IMG/VR virus record: IMGVR_UViG_2681813145_000002
Source of the DNA: a virus
Lineage: Duplodnaviria; Heunggongvirae; Uroviricota; Caudoviricetes
Length of the DNA stretch: 9,727 nt
Direction: 5' to 3' (one strand)
The notes below the pieces were generated by a model. The model had not been told where the DNA came from. It made no database searches and saw nothing but the letters and a program-made list of their open reading frames with translations. A program made the translations under genes and the position numbers. Shown piece after piece: positions 7,800 through 9,727 of the stretch (positions within the stretch are counted from its first letter, which is position 1; each line of letters starts with the position of its first letter).

Positions 7800-7825
7800 T
7801 TTTCATAAACGTTGGTTTGGGAGAA
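7800..7825. other. Candidate Gin/Hin-family crossover site (site 3), TTTTCATAAACG-TT-GGTTTGGGAGAA, inverted relative to sites 1 and 2
   Basis: The right half-site GGTTTGGGAGAA is the exact reverse complement of the left half-site of sites 1 and 2 (TTCTCCCAAACC). The central dinucleotide is TT versus AA in the others. The left half is degenerate (8/12). Confidence 0.5.
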
Positions 7826-8131
7826 GCGGCAAAACGGAATGTGGGAACAGGGGAAAATCAGATACCTAGTATGTCAGAATGGACATCTGGGACAGGATGG
7901 AATAGAGACCCGTCGGGGAGAATAATACAGCGGGGATTTGCTATGACATCAAGCCAAACCAACATTTTATTCCCGATACCATTTCCGTATGACGATTTCG
8001 AAGTTATCGTTTGTGCAGCAGATACAGGAGCAAATAAAGGGGCCGTAAATGTGTTGCGAAAATCGAGGCAGGGGTTTTCTGTTTCACAGGTTGGAAGTAT
8101 GCCAGTCGCATACAGATGGATAGCGGGGTGA
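7826..8131 (+). other. Promoterless alternative tail fibre variable (receptor-binding tip) cassette, about 102 codons, in frame with crossover site 3
   Basis: The plus-strand frame through site 3 encodes GLGE at the site, the same as H at site 1, and stays open to the stop at 8129..8131 (...[42 protein letters not shown]...VAYRWIAG). There is no upstream constant region and no good Shine-Dalgarno for the internal ATG at 7871. It is followed by its own chaperone gene. Confidence 0.6.
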
Positions 8132-8574
8132 TTGAAATGTATAAATTTGATCCAAAGAATGCATTATTCTATCCTGCTGCGTCAATTTCCGATTATAAAT
8201 TGAGCGAAGATGAAATCGCCACATTCACTGATATTAGCGAGGAGGATGCAACCGAGTTTTTAGGATTCCCGCCGACTGGAAAAATCAGAGGGTCGGACGG
8301 TTATGGCAATCCTGCATGGGTTGAAATACCTCCACCATCACATGAGGAACTTATTGAACAGGCCGAATCAGAGAGGCAATTATTGATTAACCATGCCAAC
8401 GAATACATGAACAGTAAACAATGGCCTGGTAAAGCGGCTATTGGTCGTCTGAATGGTGAGGAACTGGCGCAATATAATTTGTGGCTGGATTATCTGAACG
8501 CACTGGAACTGGTTGATACCTCCAGTGCGCCAGATATTGAATGGCCTACGCCTCCGGCAGTTCAGGCCAGATGA
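8116..8574 (+). CDS. Tail fibre assembly protein (chaperone) paired with the silent variable cassette; true start may be the ATG at 8137 (MYKFDPKN...)
   Basis: 152-aa ORF with a Tfa-family C-terminus (...[26 protein letters not shown]), similar in pattern to lambda Tfa and Mu U C-termini. Its 3' end overlaps the 3' end of the minus-strand chaperone gene by 29 nt, as with the convergent chaperone genes of the Mu G segment. Confidence 0.8.
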   Translation: MDSGVIEMYKFDPKNALFYPAASISDYKLSEDEIATFTDISEEDATEFLGFPPTGKIRGSDGYGNPAWVEIPPPSHEELIEQAESERQLLINHANEYMNSKQWPGKAAIGRLNGEELAQYNLWLDYLNALELVDTSSAPDIEWPTPPAVQAR

Positions 8575-9139
8575 CATCCGGCGCGGTGCTGGTATCTGTT
8601 GCCGTCACCGCGTCAATGTAATCCAGCACAGCGTTAAGTCGGGTGGTTTCTGCCTGCGTCAGTTTACGTCCGGCCTGCAATTTCAGTTGAATCAGACTGA
8701 TGGAAGCCATTGCAGTATCAATCAGCGACTGGCGCTGTGCTTCTGCTGCATCTACTGCGGCGCTATGCTGTGCCCCGGTATCCGTCACCCATTTCTCACC
8801 ATCCCATTTATCGTATGGCGTTAACGGTGAAAGCGTGACATAACCGTCTTTGATGGCACCGATATAATCCACTGTAACAGCTGCGCCATTTTCGATTGAG
8901 TAAACAGTCTCATTGCGGTGGTCTTCTTCATGGCTCCATCCCTTACCTGTAAATACTGCCACTCTTCCCGGAATGTTTTCGCCAGGATCAATACCAGTGG
9001 AACAGGCGGGCATACTTACGCCAGTATTAATATATTCATCAGACCAGCCCGTATACTCAGATGTTTCAGCATCATAATAAAAACAACGCATATCGCCCGG
9101 CACTGTAGCCAGCCCATTTTCATCAAAAACAGGTTTCAT
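8546..9139 (-). CDS. Tail fibre assembly protein (chaperone, P2 gpG-like) paired with the right-hand fibre gene
   Basis: 197-aa ORF (MKPVFDENGLA...PLTPYDKWDGEKWVTDTGAQH...[26 protein letters not shown]). The Tfa-family C-terminal motif is present; the start overlaps the stop of the upstream fibre gene by 1 nt (TAATG). Confidence 0.85.
   Translation of the reverse strand: MKPVFDENGLATVPGDMRCFYYDAETSEYTGWSDEYINTGVSMPACSTGIDPGENIPGRVAVFTGKGWSHEEDHRNETVYSIENGAAVTVDYIGAIKDGYVTLSPLTPYDKWDGEKWVTDTGAQHSAAVDAAEAQRQSLIDTAMASISLIQLKLQAGRKLTQAETTRLNAVLDYIDAVTATDTSTAPDVIWPELPEA
8764..8825. repeat. Right copy of the direct repeat shared with 1..62
   Basis: Direct comparison; single mismatch (atcatatgg versus atcgtatgg). 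Confidence 0.85.
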
Positions 9140-9727
9140 TATTTAGCCCTCACCAGAAAGTTAAATGCAATATTTCGCGGTCTGACGGCAATAAAATTCA
9201 CACCATCCCCTACAGCAGAACTGGTGAACTGAAATCTTGAAAAGCCAGGCTGATTACCTGTAATTCCATCATGACTATTAATCGCATGGCCGGACCCTTC
9301 TGGATAATTACCGCCAAATTGCGATAAAGATGTTGCTGCCTGCCAGCTTAATAATTCGCGACCACCATCTGCACCTCGCCCGTCATCCCAGATACGAATG
9401 AAATCACCGCGGGCTTCAGGTAATACCAGCGAAGGAAACACTTTTGCCAGCACAGGGTAATCAGAGGCAGAAAATTTCGCCCCGTTGAACTTCAAAAACA
9501 CCATACTGGACCAGCTGTCGATTACAGTATTTGGCATTGCAGCGGACGGCCAGAAGAACGGAACGCCAATAGCTGGAGCACCTTCTCCCAAACCAAGGTA
9601 TGCAAGAAGACCGGCAACATCCTTCCCACTCAAATTGGTAAGCGTATTGTCCAGCGGTTGTTTACCTGCCAGCGCATTAAGCATTGTCGTGGCAAAGTTC
9701 GGATCATTCCCCAGTGCCGCCGCCAGT
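9139..9727 (-). CDS. Tail fibre protein, 3' portion only (collar plus variable C-terminal domain); 5' end beyond the right window edge
   Basis: The minus-strand frame is open from the window edge (LAAALGNDPNFATTMLNALAGKQPLDNTLTNLSGKDVAGLLAYLGLGEG...) to the stop at 9141..9139. The collar is about 80% similar to that of H at 384..1670 and close to my recollection of the P2 H collar; the part after GLGEG is a different variable domain, ending ...PRNIAFNFLVRAK. Confidence 0.85.
   Translation of the reverse strand, partial: LAAALGNDPNFATTMLNALAGKQPLDNTLTNLSGKDVAGLLAYLGLGEGAPAIGVPFFWPSAAMPNTVIDSWSSMVFLKFNGAKFSASDYPVLAKVFPSLVLPEARGDFIRIWDDGRGADGGRELLSWQAATSLSQFGGNYPEGSGHAINSHDGITGNQPGFSRFQFTSSAVGDGVNFIAVRPRNIAFNFLVRAK
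9583..9608. other. Candidate Gin/Hin-family crossover site (site 2), TTCTCCCAAACC-AA-GGTATGCAAGAA
   Basis: Differs from site 1 at one position; same orientation as site 1 and inverted relative to site 3. It lies at the constant/variable boundary of the right-hand fibre gene and encodes LAYLGLGE. Confidence 0.55.

Larger units (their letters stand above)
7800..9608. mobile_element. Candidate invertible tail fibre segment (G-segment-like), bounded by inverted sites 3 and 2, holding two convergent variable-tip plus chaperone cassettes
   Basis: Inferred from the inverted 26-bp sites, the in-frame GLGE junctions, the convergent overlapping chaperone genes, and one cassette being joined to a constant region while the other is not. 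Confidence 0.5.

Noticed and set aside
7694-8131. The full 145-aa plus-strand ORF as an independent gene
   Set aside because: Its first ~44 codons run through the junction DNA and crossover site 3 and look like chance open frame. Only the part downstream of the site (7826..8131) resembles a fibre tip, and neither ATG (7694 or 7871) has a convincing Shine-Dalgarno.
831-9690. A diversity-generating retroelement (template and variable repeats) acting on the fibre C-terminus
   Set aside because: There is no reverse transcriptase ORF in the window, and the mismatches between the repeated collar segments are not adenine-specific. The repeats lie at the conserved collar, not in the variable tip.
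1-9727. CRISPR arrays, tRNA or rRNA genes, insertion-sequence transposase genes
   Set aside because: I saw no regularly spaced short direct repeats, no tRNA-like cloverleaf candidates and no transposase-like ORFs. The only repeats are the fibre and chaperone homology blocks and the 26-bp crossover sites.

Overview
This window is the late-gene region of a P2-like (Peduovirus-type) prophage from an enterobacterial host. The minus strand carries a contiguous, tightly coupled block that I recognise as L-X-Y-K-lysA-lysB/lysC-R-S-V-W-J-I-H followed by a tail fibre assembly gene (7597 down to 1, running off the left edge). All assignments come from reading the translations and from recalled P2 protein sequences and gene order; nothing was database-verified. 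Upstream of L, where P2 has the terminase and capsid genes (M, N, O), there is instead a ~200 bp junction and a Mu G-segment-like tail-fibre module: a promoterless alternative fibre tip plus chaperone on the plus strand (7826..8574), converging on a second chaperone and the 3' part of a second H-like fibre gene on the minus strand (8546..9727, running off the right edge). Three 26-bp imperfect palindromes resembling Gin/Hin/Cin/Pin crossover sites sit at the constant/variable junction of each fibre module (831..856, 7800..7825, 9583..9608). Sites 2 and 3 are inverted and bracket a ~1.8 kb candidate invertible segment. No serine invertase gene is present in the window. The main points of interest are this invertible fibre system, the broken P2 synteny upstream of L, and the duplicated H-chaperone modules at both window edges.
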